64,000 nucleotides of DNA from Octopus vulgaris (taxonomy: Eukaryota), in the NCBI GenBank assembly GCA_951406725.2, contig OX597819.1:44082001-44146000 (forward strand), written 5' to 3'. A model generated the notes under the pieces. It did no database searches and was not told where the DNA came from. It was given only the letters and a program-made list of their open reading frames with translations. Each line of letters begins with the position of its first letter. The stretch's first letter is position 1. Below are positions 27,745-42,524 of this stretch, one piece after another. The position numbers and the translations under genes are program-made.

Positions 27745-28000
27745 AGGCGCGTATTTTATTGATCAGGGTATTTGGCTGAGGATCATAATGTACGTTCAAT
27801 ACTGGCTCGAGCGGTGCGTTATTCTCTTCAACAAGACACTTCATTCCGCGTTGCTCCAGTGTATAAGGGTGAAAATGAGTACCAGCTAAGCACTGGTACT
27901 TCTCTCTTTCTCTCTCTCGCTCTCTCAAGCACTCACGTCCTGAGTAGCCCGCTAGATCAAAGTATTAGAGAGTCAGAAGAGTGTCTATGTCTGCTTGTGA
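27745..28000 (+). mobile_element. SINE family C, degenerate
   Basis: gaaggcgcg head, gacacttcattccgcgttgctccagt, internal (CT)n, and a tail tgtctatgtctgcttg shared with the minus-strand copy at about 20735-20995. Confidence 0.6.
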
Positions 28001-28504
28001 ATTTATAGGCACTTAAAACTATTAACTAAAACATGGTACATGTCATCAGGTCATACTTGTTCGTTCGTTAGTGATGGATAGCTCTTTAATATCTTACAGT
28101 TGAGAAGCTGCATACATTTGTGTACGACCTGCGGCGATTGAAACCTATTAAAGGAAGACTTAGCATTGAAACTACAGATGTTTAGGCAACTAAAAGAATT
28201 AACGAAAGTATAATACAGGTTACTAAGCAGTACTAGCTCGTTCACGGATTATGGCTGGCTTCCTCTCTTCGAGACAGACAAAAGATATAGAACCACGCTC
28301 TACAAAAAAGAGGAAGAAAAAGGAAATGAAACTAATGAAAAACCTACCATCTTTATTCCAACAAGTGTTCAAATCAGGGTGGTAGGTGGGAGATATATGT
28401 ATCTGCAATAAAGTTCCCGTATGAAGGTATATGACACACTCAGGCACGACTGAATGCAGTTTTTTTTTTAAATAAACAATTCTCTATACTAAGGATACAA
28501 AGAA

Positions 28505-28720
28505 TGCAGCGAGCTGACAGATTCGTTAGCACACCGGGGTAGAATGTTTGGCGGCATTTCGTCCGTCTTTACGTTCTGAGTTCAAATCCCGTCGAGGTCG
28601 ACTTTGCTTTTTATCCTTTCAGGGTCGATAAAAGAAATACGAGTTAAGCACTGGAGTCAAGATAATCGAATTACCTCCTGCCCTGAACTTGCTAGCCTTG
28701 TGCCAAAATTTAAAATCAAT
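28505..28720 (+). mobile_element. SINE family B
   Basis: gcgagctgacagattcgttagc...gagttcaaatcccgtcgaggtcgactttgc...tcctttcagggtcgataaaa. Confidence 0.85.
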
Positions 28721-28859
28721 ATCAAGGATACAAAAATTTATAGATGCATTAATTGCAAAGCATGCATATTATTTAGATTAGGGTGCCAACGGTGTTGTCC
28801 TTTGATGAATTCATATTAGAAAAACTCATTTCCGTTTCATCATTTATCGATTATGTTTT

Positions 28860-29170
28860 ACTTGTTACAATCATTGGATTGCAGCCATGGTAAAGCACTG
28901 CTTTGAAGGCGTTTAACCGAACAAATCAATCCCAGTACTTTAGCTTTATTTTTATGCTTTGTTTTTCAAGCCTGGTACTTATTCTATCAGACTCCTTTGC
29001 CAAACTACTAGGTTGCTGGGACGCAAACAAATTAGAGATGCGTGGGAGAAAGATAATGACAAACAAAGAGAGACATACATATATACGACAACTAAATTCA
29101 TTCATAAAACGTTCATTAATACAAGGCTTAGTAGAAGACACTTTCCCAAGAAGCCGCGCGGAAGGACTAC
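28860..29170 (-). mobile_element. SINE family A, degenerate
   Basis: cctggtacttattctatc, tagtagaagacactttcccaag and related blocks. Confidence 0.6.
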
Positions 29171-29261
29171 TCTACATGCGTTTGTAAAAACAGGTTCTAT
29201 TTGATTGGCTTTCGATGGCAGGCGACACAGTATAGATGTGAGCCATTTTGGTCCACACAGG

Positions 29262-30100
<839 letters not shown>

Positions 30101-30610
30101 AAGTTATGTCCTTATAACTACTTCACTTGGTAAGCATACACGTACTCGATGTTTGGCGAACGGCTCTGTCCCATTACCCCCCCCCCCACACACACACACA
30201 ACGCCAGCTCCGATATTATCAAAATTCTCAAAACGTTCGGTGCCACGTTTTTGTTACATTTGTTTGTCTGATTGATTGCTTGTTTGTTTCTTTGGCTTTG
30301 AAACATTTCTTATATTAGTAAAGTGTTTGGTTAAAGAAGTAACGTTTCTCTCTTCAATATACCATATACTGAGAAAGCAACAGGTTATACAGAAAAGGAA
30401 ATTAGTTGTACGAAAAAAACCTAATGCTGTAAAATTGCGTCCGCACACGTGCGCACTCACACACACACTCACGTATAAACATGTACGTATATGTATGTGT
30501 ATGAGTGTGTGTGTATGTGTGTGTATATATATATATATGTATTTATATAGGTGTGCATATATATATATATAATATTGTATCTACATATGTATATATACAT
30601 ATGTATGTAA

Positions 30611-30654
<44 letters not shown>

Positions 30655-31823
30655 ATAAATATACATATGTCTATGTATATTGTATATATATATTCATATC
30701 TTTCTCTGTGTGTATGTATATATGTGCGTATGCGTGTGTATATAAATGCATACATGCATATGTATATGCATATATATGTCTACATGTGTATATATGTATA
30801 TATATGAATATATATATATACATATATGTATATATGTGCGTATGCGTGTGTATATAAATGCATACATGCATATGTATATGCATATATATGTCTACATGTG
30901 TATATATGTATATATATATGAATATATATATGTATGTTTGTGTGTGTATCTATATATATGTGTGTGTGTGTGTGTATGTATAAGTACAGACAGATACATT
31001 CATTTATAGGCGTGTATGTATGTATGCATGTATGTATGTATGTATGTGTGTATGCATGGATGTATGTACGTACGTATGTATATGTGTGTGTGTGCATGTG
31101 TGTGTGTGTGTGTACGTATGTATGTGTGTGTGTGTGTGTGAGTGTGTGTGCATACATCAACAGAATTTCTTTCTGATATTGATGATTATAATAGTCAATG
31201 GTGCAAAATATGTTTAAATATAGAACCGAAATACATTGAGAAGAATTTCTATTTGTTCTCATTTTTAAACTTTTTTTGTTAATATTGGCTCCAACATTTC
31301 TTCCGATTGTGTAACAAAATAGCGGGATGCACATCAAATTTAGCGCTACCAAATCTTGTCTTTTCCAACCAAAGATATTCTTTTTATATATATTTATATA
31401 TATATATATTTTTTTTTCCTTTCATAATCTGTTGCATTTGTTTCTGCTGATGTCGATTTTAACTGTTGTATTTTCTTTCTAGAATGTAAATTTTTAGATT
31501 CAAATCCAGACATATGGCGCAATGATAATACCGCAATAGTTTTTTTTATTAGTTCTTCTGTGTGATAGTCAGTACGCAGTTTTAACAATGCGTTAACTAG
31601 TTCAAGTTTTCGTTCGATATTTGCCTGCCTGTTCGTCTTTTATCTTTCACTTGTTTCAAGTCACTGGACTGCTGGCATGCTTGGACACCACCTTGGACCA
31701 CTACCTAGAAAGGCCTAGTCCAGTGGTTCACAGCCGGGGTCCATATAAGATTTTGTTGTTAAAATTTATATGAAATAAATTTCATTTTCTTCATATAATT
31801 CTTAATAATATTTAATTATAAAA

Positions 31824-31947
<124 letters not shown>

Positions 31948-31994
31948 TATATAAAAACCGTTCTGTCTGTCTGTCTGTGTGTCTTCCAGGTCAG

Positions 31995-32894
31995 GCTTGT
32001 GTAGGATGAAAGATTGCAAAGATAAAGCACTATATAAGAAACTGAAAATCCATGAAACTGAAAATAGGCGGGTAAAGAAAGGAATGCATGGTCAATTTCA
32101 TAGGTATGTTGAAGATAAGAGAAAAGCGTGGTTGTGGATGACTACAATTGATTTAAAACCGGAAACGGAAGCTCTAATCTGTGCTGCCCAAGAGCAAGCA
32201 CTAAGAACAAACTACACAAAATACAGAATAGACAACACAACAGAAAGTGATAAGTGCAGAATCTGTGGACAAAACGGTGAAACTGCATGGCATATTACCA
32301 GCCAATGTACGCCACTAGTCCAGGAGGAATATAAGAAACGCTACGACAATATAGCCAGGCTTGTCCATTGGACACTTTGCAGCAAGCATGGACTTGACAG
32401 AGCAAAAAATTGGTACGACCACAAATCTGAAGGCATTGTCGAAAATGGAAATGCAAAGATCTTATGGGAGTTTATGATTCAGTGCGACCATGAGATAGAA
32501 AGCCGGACATAGTCTTAATTGAGAAAGAAAACAAACTATGCTGGATCATAGACATAGCATGCCCAGCTGACAACAAGGTATGCGATAAAGAAGAAAGAAA
32601 AGTCGAGAGATATGACAGGTTAGCTTGGGAAGTGAAGCAGTTGTGGTCGATGAAAAAGGTAGAAGTAGTACCAATAATTGTCGGAGCCCTGGGAACAGTG
32701 AGAAAAAATCTCGAGAAGTATGTGAAACAAATAGGGGCTGCAATAAGGGTGGAGCACTTGTAGAAAACTGCACTGCTTCGAACTTCTCGAATACTCCGGA
32801 AGGTGCTCGAAAAATAAGAGGTGTTACCTTTGTTCACTGGTAGTGAACAGCTGACACTGTAGTACATCTCCAGCGTTAGAAGCTGTGCAAAGGC

Positions 32895-32960
<66 letters not shown>
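31995..32960 (+). mobile_element. 5'-truncated R4/Dong-like LINE 3' end with (TAA)n tail
   Basis: MHGQFHR, LKPETEALICAAQEQALRTNY, CRICGQNGETAWHITSQC, RYDNIAR, ILWEFMIQCDH, then KPDIV...IIDIACP and VVPIIVGALGTV after a frameshift. Stop at about 32816; short 3' UTR with hairpin tgttcact-ggt-agtgaaca; (AAT)n at 32895-32960. Confidence 0.9.
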
Positions 32961-32962
<2 letters not shown>

Positions 32963-33022
32963 GTAAAATGTGATACGCATATCGTATGTGTTTGAATGTG
33001 TTAGATTGCTCGATAGATAGAG

Positions 33023-33090
<68 letters not shown>

Positions 33091-33477
33091 CAAGGAAATT
33101 TTTCGTGTAGCACACACACACATATATATATATAAGTGCTTGGGGGAATTCCAAAAAGTTTTCCTTCGACAAATAGAAGAATGTTTATGCTTTAAGGTTC
33201 TTGCAATATACATTATCTCATGATTCGTGTAATAGCTGACATGTCTATTTGAATATTCCGTTTTTCAGTCTTTAGTCCCTTCTGTCTGTCATAACATGGC
33301 GAAAGGAATATATTCATATTTGTTATTTGAATAGGTTTATTTATTTATTCATTTTATTCATCTACTATTTTTTTCTCTTTAACTGCTACAAGGCATGGAA
33401 AGCTACATTTATCTGTATATAACCAATTTACGAAGTATATTTTAATTTGACATTCTAATTTGTAAAATAATCTGTCT

Positions 33478-33491
33478 AAATAATAATAATG

Positions 33492-33538
<47 letters not shown>

Positions 33539-33540
33539 TA

Positions 33541-33614
<74 letters not shown>

Positions 33615-33628
33615 TAATAATGAAAATG

Positions 33629-33682
<54 letters not shown>

Positions 33683-33722
33683 GAATACTTGCGATTGTGA
33701 TGTTAAAGGAAGAGATAACACT

Positions 33723-33754
<32 letters not shown>

Positions 33755-34222
33755 TTGAATAACTACCATACTAATTACATTAATAGTATTATTAACGGCA
33801 TTATCAACATCTTCCTCATCATCAACATTAATAATGACAGTAATAATGACACTGATTAATTTTATGAAATAATAATAATAAGAAGAATGAAAATAGTAAT
33901 AAAGATAATAATGATAATAATAATAATAATGATAATGATGGTGATGATAATAATAATTAATAATAATAGTAATAATAATAGTAATATCAGTAGTAGTAGC
34001 AATAATAATAGTAATGATCTCAGTAGTAGTAGTAGTAATAGTAGTATTAGTAGTAGTAGTAGTAGTAATAGTAATAATAATAATAATACTAATAGTAATA
34101 ATAATAATAATACTAATAGTAATAATAATAATAATTATTATTATCATTATTAAAAGAAATCATTGCTATTACTACTATTGTTATTATTGCCACTGTTGTT
34201 GTTGTTATTATTATTATTATTA

Positions 34223-34254
<32 letters not shown>

Positions 34255-34270
34255 GTTATTATTATTAATC
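33478..34270. repeat. Compound (TAA)n/(TAG)n/(TTA)n trinucleotide repeats
   Basis: Directly visible. Confidence 0.9.
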
Positions 34271-34667
34271 ACATTGTCATTATTCTGTAATGGTTTTGAT
34301 GAAAGTTCAGAAAATAAAAAGATTAAAAAGACAGAAAATGCAAAAAAAAACAAAAAAAAAACAACAACAAAAAACGAAAAAAATTAAAATAAATAAAAGA
34401 AAAAAAAAGAAAAAAATTAAAACAATAAAGCTTAAGAAATCGCTGAATGCAATTAAAGAATCTTTTGAATGTGGTATTAGTTAATCAAGAGCATATATTG
34501 TCTTTGTGTTGGGTTAGACATTGGTGTGACATTAAAACACCAACGAACACTTTTGGTATTGGAATACAGAAGAAAAGAGAAAGAGAGAGAGAGGTAGAAA
34601 AAAAATGAGTCATGTTAAAGACGTAGCAAAAGACACATTTCTACAAATGCATAAATAATCACACACG

Positions 34668-34773
<106 letters not shown>

Positions 34774-34786
34774 CACTCACATACAA

Positions 34787-34818
<32 letters not shown>

Positions 34819-34822
34819 ATAT

Positions 34823-34861
<39 letters not shown>

Positions 34862-34979
34862 GTGTGTTTGTGCATGTGTGTACATACACACATATGTGTA
34901 TATATGTATATATATATATATATATATACATATGTATACATATGTATATATATACATGCATAAATACGCACACGTATAG

Positions 34980-35103
<124 letters not shown>

Positions 35104-35371
35104 TGTGTGTGGGGTGGGGGTATGATCTGAACAGTGTGGGGGAAGTACAATTGAAGAAAAATAACAGTGTGAGAAACAATAAGATTGAAGACGTTGGTAT
35201 TAAGCAGGACAGCAATAACAGCAAACGTTAAATGGAAGAGAAAAAGACCAAAAAAGAAAAAAAAATTTTTTTTTAAAATGAAAATAGGAAAACGGAGAAG
35301 ATAACACGATGTGAATGACTTTCACGGTGTTTTCAAAGCAATCACTACCATTGACGTGGTATGGTGAAAAC

Positions 35372-35450
<79 letters not shown>

Positions 35451-35475
35451 GTGATGGAGATGATGATGATGATGG

Positions 35476-35510
<35 letters not shown>

Positions 35511-35518
35511 GTGATGAA

Positions 35519-35575
<57 letters not shown>

Positions 35576-35605
35576 GATGATGATGAGGATGATGATGGTG
35601 ATGAA

Positions 35606-35639
<34 letters not shown>

Positions 35640-35675
35640 GTGATGAAGATGATGATGGTGATGAAGATGATGATG

Positions 35676-35707
<32 letters not shown>

Positions 35708-36135
35708 GATGATGATGATGAGGATGATGATAATGATGATGATGGTGATGAAGATGATGATCACGTCAGCGACGACGACGACGATGAAAGCGACCACGAT
35801 GACGATGAAGATGATGATGACGCCGATGGTGATAATGGTGGTGGGGGTGGGCGTGGCGGTAGTTGTTGGTCGTCGACGTCGTGATGATGATGATGACTTG
35901 AACGACGAAGTGGAGGATGTTGTTGTTGTTGATGATGATGATGATGATGATGATGATTGTGATGATGATGGTGATGATAGTGGTGATGGTGGAGGTGGTG
36001 GTGTTGACACTGATGCTGACGATGACGGCTGGCGATGAAATGAATAGGCAGTACAGTGTGATGACAGTGACGTTAGCGATGACAGACGACGATGATGATG
36101 ATGATGATGATGACGATGATGATAATGATGATGAC
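35372..36135. repeat. Long imperfect (GAT)n microsatellite
   Basis: Directly visible; source of the poly-D, poly-M and poly-I ORFs. Confidence 0.92.
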
Positions 36136-36515
36136 TACAATTGAAGATGTAGGTGTTTATTATCATTTTAATTGTTACTGCTGCTACTACTACTACGACT
36201 ACTACTACTGCTACTGCTGCTGCTAGTCTCGGAGAAGTCGTGATAGTTCAAAGTACTTTACAAATGCAGTTTTCTATAGTATCATGCCGAAGCTCACATT
36301 TGCAGTTGGTGTTGCTTTCAATGGTGCAAAAATGCATTTATAAAAAAAATAATAAATAGCCGAAAGAATGAACAACAGCAAAAACCGTTTGTGCAGTTAT
36401 GGAGTGAATGCAAGCACATCAGCAGAACAACATGCTCCGTTGGAGACTGATAACTTTGTGTATTATGTTTACTTAAGACCTGTATGTGTGGAGTTATTTT
36501 TTTCTCACCTATCTT

Positions 36516-36529
36516 GCGCCACCTAGTGC
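36516..36529 (-). promoter_or_regulatory. Candidate CTCF-binding motif
   Basis: Minus strand GCACTAGGTGGCGC is one mismatch from the CCASYAGRKGGCRS core consensus, in apparently unique sequence. Motif match only. Confidence 0.35.
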
Positions 36530-36641
36530 ACAAAATAGATATTGAACTATATTAACGAAGCTAGACACGTCAGCTGAAACCGGCTCATGAGAAAAGAAGT
36601 TTTACGGTAATAGAGAGAAAGAGAGAGAGGGTAACAATAAG

Positions 36642-36684
<43 letters not shown>

Positions 36685-36898
36685 AAGAGAGAAGGAGGGA
36701 GATACGATGAGCAGGAGTGAGAGATGACTGAAAAGCCATATAGGAGAGTGACGGGAGATACGGCAGTAAGAAAGTAAGATGGTAGAAACGTGTGTGGGAG
36801 GGGATTTTGAGACAGAAACAGGGACTGACAAGAGTACACGGAGTAAAAATATAGGCAGAAGAGAGTAACGAACATACCAACAGGAACACGCACACATA

Positions 36899-36937
<39 letters not shown>

Positions 36938-37121
36938 TACTCTATACGTTATATTGTAGTTGTTTTAGTCATTGGACTGCAGCCATGTCGCGACACTACC
37001 TTGAAGAGTTTAGTCGAACAAACGACCTCCCCCCCTATATATATATAGATGATGTGTCGATCGACTTGTTACTATAGTTACTATTCTGATTTCTTGAGGT
37101 TCTACAGCTGGCTATTTTTCC

Positions 37122-37155
<34 letters not shown>

Positions 37156-37157
<2 letters not shown>

Positions 37158-37224
37158 AGGTGGTGCTATTAAGTTAGACATGGCCTGGGCCAATAATGGC
37201 CGAAACCTATCAAAGTATCAAAGT
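37156..37224 (+). mobile_element. Short 3' terminus of a CR1-like LINE family
   Basis: gttagacatggcctgggccaataatggccgaaacc with a (tatcaaag)2 tail; resembles the 3' UTR at 56205-56250 that follows a LINE C-terminus. Confidence 0.5.
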
Positions 37225-37282
37225 ATATATATATATTTTTTTCCAGTTTCAGCTCAGAGCTGCGGCCATGCTGATGCACCGC

Positions 37283-37352
<70 letters not shown>

Positions 37353-37363
37353 ATCTATGTATC

Positions 37364-37497
37364 CCTCACGGCAGGGATACAAGATTTCACAGGCACGGCG
37401 AGTTCGGCCAAGCCTGACATTTCTTTCTTGGTTCGGCCACTGTCCGTGCGACATCTATATTCTTCCCTTTTAGAAATCTTGTATCCCTGCCGTAAGG
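37364..37497. repeat. 21-bp perfect inverted repeat
   Basis: acggcagggatacaagatttc (37368-37388) and gaaatcttgtatccctgccgt (37473-37493). Confidence 0.85.
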
Positions 37498-37868
37498 CTT
37501 TACTTCCACACACGCCAGCTTAATTTAATTCGTCCTTAGTCGAAAGACACCTGTTGTTATGTCCTGTTATTTGTATTTGTGTAACCTTCTCCGTTTTTTT
37601 CCGTCCTTATTTTCGCATACATTCGCTGCTTTCTTCCAAGGAATTCAGTGCGCTTAGCTTAGTTTTTCCTTGGGGCTGGCTAGATTGGAGCAATCTCCAG
37701 TATAACCAGCCGAAATTGCAAAGATAGTCCGGAACTCGACTGACGAAAGAAAACTCCGGATGACCCATCCTTGTTTTCTTTGTATCGTCTATCTGGATGT
37801 TATGTGATCCCTTTCTTGTATCGCCTAACTGTCTGAATGTTTTCCGTTCTTGTCCCATTTTGTATTTT

Positions 37869-37914
<46 letters not shown>

Positions 37915-37970
37915 CGGGGTACGTACACTTTGGTCTCCCCCCTCTCTCTCTGTATATATATATATATATT

Positions 37971-39091
37971 TTTTTACCCCTCCGCAAAAATATCTCAAAT
38001 TTTATTTTACTTTTCGCAGGAAGGAAAGTTTCTATCGAAGATGCGTATCGCATTCACCTTCGAAACGCAGAGTAGATGAAACCATGGCGACTGAAGAAGG
38101 GGAATTTTCCTTGTGTCATTTGTCCTGTACTATATTTTTTCGTTGTTTAAGAAAAATGTCCAGTTCCTTGGTTTTGTGTTTGTTTTCGTTTCTCATTGTG
38201 TTCGACGTTTTTTGGTGTCCTGTACCCATATATGTATGTATATATACATGTAGAGGTAGGTACGTACATATATGAATGTATATATGCATGTTTTATTTAT
38301 TAATTTATTATATGACGGAACGCACGCATCCAATTCTAAGTAAGATTGTTCTTGATATTAATAATGATGCGCACTCTTGACCTTTCTGTCCCCTCCCTTT
38401 CTCAGGCTTCATTCTTTCTGGTTTCCTTTTCTTCTACCTTACTGTCTGTCTGTCTCTCTCTCTATCTCTCTCATTCTTCATTCTTTCTGGTTTCCTCACA
38501 ACCATTCCCTTTTTTCTCTCCCTTTCTCTTGCTCCTCCTCCTCCCTCCCGTCGTTGACCCGCGACGAGAGCTCTGCTACTGTCTTTCTGACCTGGTTTCC
38601 TTGAAGTGTAGACGGCATTTTCCGTTGCTCCTTCGCCGTTCTCAAAAATAGCGTTCGTATACTTTATCTCGTTCGGCTTAACAGCCCTTCTTGTCTTGTT
38701 ATTCTCCATGTCCTGTCTTTTACCGCTTATATTTTGTACTGTCGTTACTGTCCTATTTTTGTTAACATTTTTACCCCTCCGCAAAAAGATCTCAAATTTT
38801 ATTTTGCTTTTCGCGGGAAGGAAAGTTTCTATCGAAAATGCGTATCGCTTTCACCTTCGAACGCAGACTAGATGAAACCATGGCGACTGAAGAAGGGGAA
38901 TTTTCCTTGTGTCATTTGTCCTGTACTCTTTTCGTTGTTTAAGAAAAATGTCCAGTTCCTTGGTTTTGTGTTTATGTTTTCGTTTCTCATTGTGTTCGAC
39001 GTTTTTTGGTCCTGTACCCGTATATGTATGTATATATACATGTAGAGATATGTACGTACATATATGTATGTATATATGCATATGTTTTATT

Positions 39092-39100
<9 letters not shown>
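37971..39100. repeat. About 335-bp direct repeats (37971-38306 / 38768-39100) around a 460-bp CT-rich spacer
   Basis: tttttacccctccgcaaaaa...gatgaaaccatggcgactgaagaaggggaattttcc...ttttatttattaattt occurs twice with few differences; no TG...CA ends. Confidence 0.9.
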
Positions 39101-39122
<22 letters not shown>

Positions 39123-39289
39123 CATATATATGCATGTGTGTGTATAGGTATTTTTGATGCAAACAGGAAAATTAGAACTCAAAATATGAGTATATGTATA
39201 TTTTCATTGATATTTAGCAGAAGTAACAGAGCGACTCAGGGTCCGAGAGTTTCGTGCGTTGGTACTTATGTATATATGTATATATCTAT

Positions 39290-39525
39290 GTGTGTGTGTC
39301 CTTGTTTCTATATTTTTCTCCCAACGCCGCGTGAGAACTGGTGTTTGTTTGTTTACGTTCCCGTAACCTAGCGGTTCGGGAAAAGAGACCGATAGAATAA
39401 GTACCTGGCTTGAGAAAAAAATAAGTCCTGGAGTCAATTTGTTGGATTAAAATCATCCCTTTATAGTGGTGCCCCAGCATGGCCGAAGTCAAATGACTGA
39501 CACAAGTAAAAAATGAAAGATAAAA
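39290..39525 (+). mobile_element. SINE family A, 3' half
   Basis: cccgtaacctagcggttcgggaaaagagaccgatagaataagtac...gtgccccagcatggccg. Confidence 0.8.
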
Positions 39526-39924
39526 TCTATTTACAGAACATCACTCGTAAGGCATTAAACCACTTTAATAATCATGGTCTTATGATGGACTAGCCATGGA
39601 AATTTTATCGTGAAATTTTGATATATAAAACGTTCTAGATTGTCTATCATAAGTCGACGAAGACATAGATTCAGTAACTATGAACCATCTGTAAATCGCA
39701 TAAATAAGAAGCCATAGAAATGTTAATTTATCGATTTTTGATTTTTAGATTACGAAAAACATCTTCATTTATCCGGAAATCGCTATTAAAAGTTCAATTT
39801 AAAAGCATTGAAATCCTTTAAAATTTATCGTAAGCAAACGGAGGAAGTAGTATCTACTAGGAAAAACTGCAATTGCTGTTGTTGCTTTTGATGATGATGA
39901 TGACTGATGATGATGATGATGGGT

Positions 39925-40600
39925 TGAATTTATTTTGTGGAAGGAAAAAATGCTACAGAGGAGGAAAGGTGCTTACTACGACGTAGAAAAGAGAGACGTA
40001 CTAGCGAAAGAAAGAGCTTGATAGCCTTGAGAGGTAGTGAAAGAGGACTACGTAAAAGAGAAAAGATCAACGAGCTGTTAACAAAAATCTAGGTTGAAAA
40101 TATAACAGATCTATACGACCTCATTTACTGGGCAGTATCTATTACTGTGAAAATTTCGGAGGTTAAAATTCAAAGAAAATCATAGAGACAGAGTCTCAAG
40201 GTGGGAACGACCTGAGAATCAAGTTTAAAATCTCAAAAGAGATGTTGAGAGAATTGATACAGCCATGGAAAAGAAAATAGTGAAGGTAAGATACAGGAAT
40301 GAGTTCCAAGGAAAGCAGAACATTAGGCTCAAAGACTGCCGGTAGTGAAGGAAGAGATAAGAGAAAAAAAAAATAAAACACCAAGTAAACTATAAAAAAA
40401 ATACCATAAGAACAGGCTCTTCAGGAACAATGAAAGTAAACTTTAGTAACAGTTGAAAAATTATGAACATCAGGAATATGTGTCAGACGCTAAAGCAGCA
40501 AGATTTCCATCTGAAATCTGGAGCAAAGAAGTTCAACATAATATGGAAGCGGAAGGGTTATGGAAATGTAAAAGGGAAATGGAAACGGAGACCCACCAGC
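39925..40600 (+). mobile_element. Decayed N-terminal/middle fragment of an R4/Dong-like ORF
   Basis: Broken translation EKINELL...NITDLYDLIYWAV, FRNNESKL, SEIWSKEVQHNMEAE resembles the pre-RT region of R4-clade proteins. Confidence 0.6.
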
Positions 40601-41101
40601 AACAGCCTGTAGGATTCGAACACACGAAATTTGTTTATGTGATTAATGTAAGCAATCCAACCTGGCCCGCCCAGTTCAACGCAAAATTTGATAGCCGTTT
40701 TTCCCTTCTTCCCTTACATCCATACAAGTGTTTTCTATTCCTGCGTACAATCGAATAACTCCAGAAAAATCACCATGAAATTCAAAATACAATCTCGATA
40801 TTTCTACACATTTCGGAGTCGAGATTCTTGCGCCATCAGACAGACATGCACCGCTAACAAGCCGATACGTCTTTCTTGCTCTCACTCTATAACTATTTCA
40901 GGAGAAATATTTTCGTTAGTATGATTAGAATATGTTTTAAGATACAAGTTTAATTTCGCTTCTTACTTATATTGTATCTATTTCCAGCTCCATTGCGGTT
41001 CTTTTCTAAATCACAGTCCTTCTGTATATACGGTAATGCTTCAATCTTCAAGTACAGCTCATTAGTCCATTCCCCACACTCTCTCCCACTTTCTATTTCT
41101 G

Positions 41102-41140
<39 letters not shown>

Positions 41141-41401
41141 ATTGAGATACACATCTATGTACACACGTGCGCGCGCGCATACACATACATACACTTATAT
41201 GTATGACTGACCTTGCTTTATGTCAAACAAAGAGTGCTCAACACATATAGAGAATATGAATTTTTACTGAAACCACAGCTGAAGTGTGTCGATTTAAGTC
41301 GATTGCAGTGGCGTGAAACTTCTATCACGTGAAAAACTCACCTTCAATTTGTATATAAAATAAAATACACATATATAGTTATATCTATGTATGAATGTAT
41401 G

Positions 41402-41457
<56 letters not shown>

Positions 41458-41819
41458 TCATATATATATATATATATATATATGTAGTTCATAGATGAGA
41501 TCGAGATATTCTTCGTCTAGAATACGCGTAGTAGTGCTCAAGAGATTTAAACTGCAGCGGTAAATGTAGAAGTAAATGTAGGAATATGCAAATTAGACAG
41601 ATCACTATGTAAAGTGAATTAAATACATGACATACAAAAAATGTATATATGTATACATATAAAATGGTCCAACTTACATAGAGTACAAATGATATAGAGA
41701 ATTAAAGGGGTGAAGGAAAAGAATTAGAAATCCGACAGCTGTTTCTGTTGTCCATAATAATGTTTGTCATCAGAGAGAGATCTTGCATTTGAGATATTAA
41801 AGGAGAGAAATTCAAAGTC

Positions 41820-42350
41820 CATCTTTTTCCTTTCTGGTTTTGAGAAACCTAATTTCTCAAGATTAGTATTTAGGCAGTGTGTTGCATATCCCAGGGCCCC
41901 AATAATTACAGGTATAAACCTGAACTTATAATCTAGATAGAATACCTGCAAATTTCTCAGTTGTTCCGTGTAGGTATTCTCTTTTTCACTGATCTTCAGC
42001 ATTATATTAACATCCGCTGGGCAGCTAATTTCCCCAACTATGCACAGTTTCTCTTCTCTATTCCAAGTCATTAAATCAGGTCTGTTGTGCTTACATTTTA
42101 TTTAGGTTTTCACTGGGACATTCCACCAGTACTCCTTTTTATTATGATTGGCTATGGCTTATACCATACTGTGGTTTCTTATTTCTTTGTCTTCGGAATT
42201 ATCCTTCTTACGCATTTCATTTTAGAGTGTCCTAGCTACAACATCATGTGTCATCGGTAGATAATACCGTGATGATATTTTCAGACAACTGTTTTATGAT
42301 ATAGGTGATATCTTCGGTGTTAACCCCACAAAGTTTGCATCAGTTGTCAC
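41820..42350 (-). mobile_element. RLE-type LINE fragment (CCHC and PD-type endonuclease), same family as the (TACA)n-associated 3' ends
   Basis: Minus strand CKLCGVNTEDIT, THDVVAR, YWWNVPVKT, HNRPDLMTWN, EISCPADVNI, FIPVIIGALGY; DNA near-identical to 11040-11130. Confidence 0.85.
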
Positions 42351-42524
42351 ATTTTACTGCATTTTACTGCTTTTGTGCACCAAGCACTTCGTTGATATTT
42401 CCGGTTCCTGGATTGCAAATGCATACCCTTTAAAGTGGGAGGTGGTAATCCGGCTACTGGTCCATGATAGACTGTTTTGGTGATCAATGTAACGATCACA
42501 TCGGAACTTTCTACTAACATATTA

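Noticed and set aside
30717-30930. About 110-bp tandem duplication in TA/TG-rich sequence
   Set aside because: Real, but an ordinary slippage product within compound microsatellites.
35315-35884. Poly-Asp ORF resembling acidic biomineralisation proteins such as aspein
   Set aside because: Almost pure GAT codons, open in other frames too, with no signal peptide or supported splice structure; best explained as a microsatellite.
37971-39100. LTR retrotransposon or TRIM interpretation of the direct repeats
   Set aside because: No TG...CA termini, primer-binding site, polypurine tract or TSD was seen.
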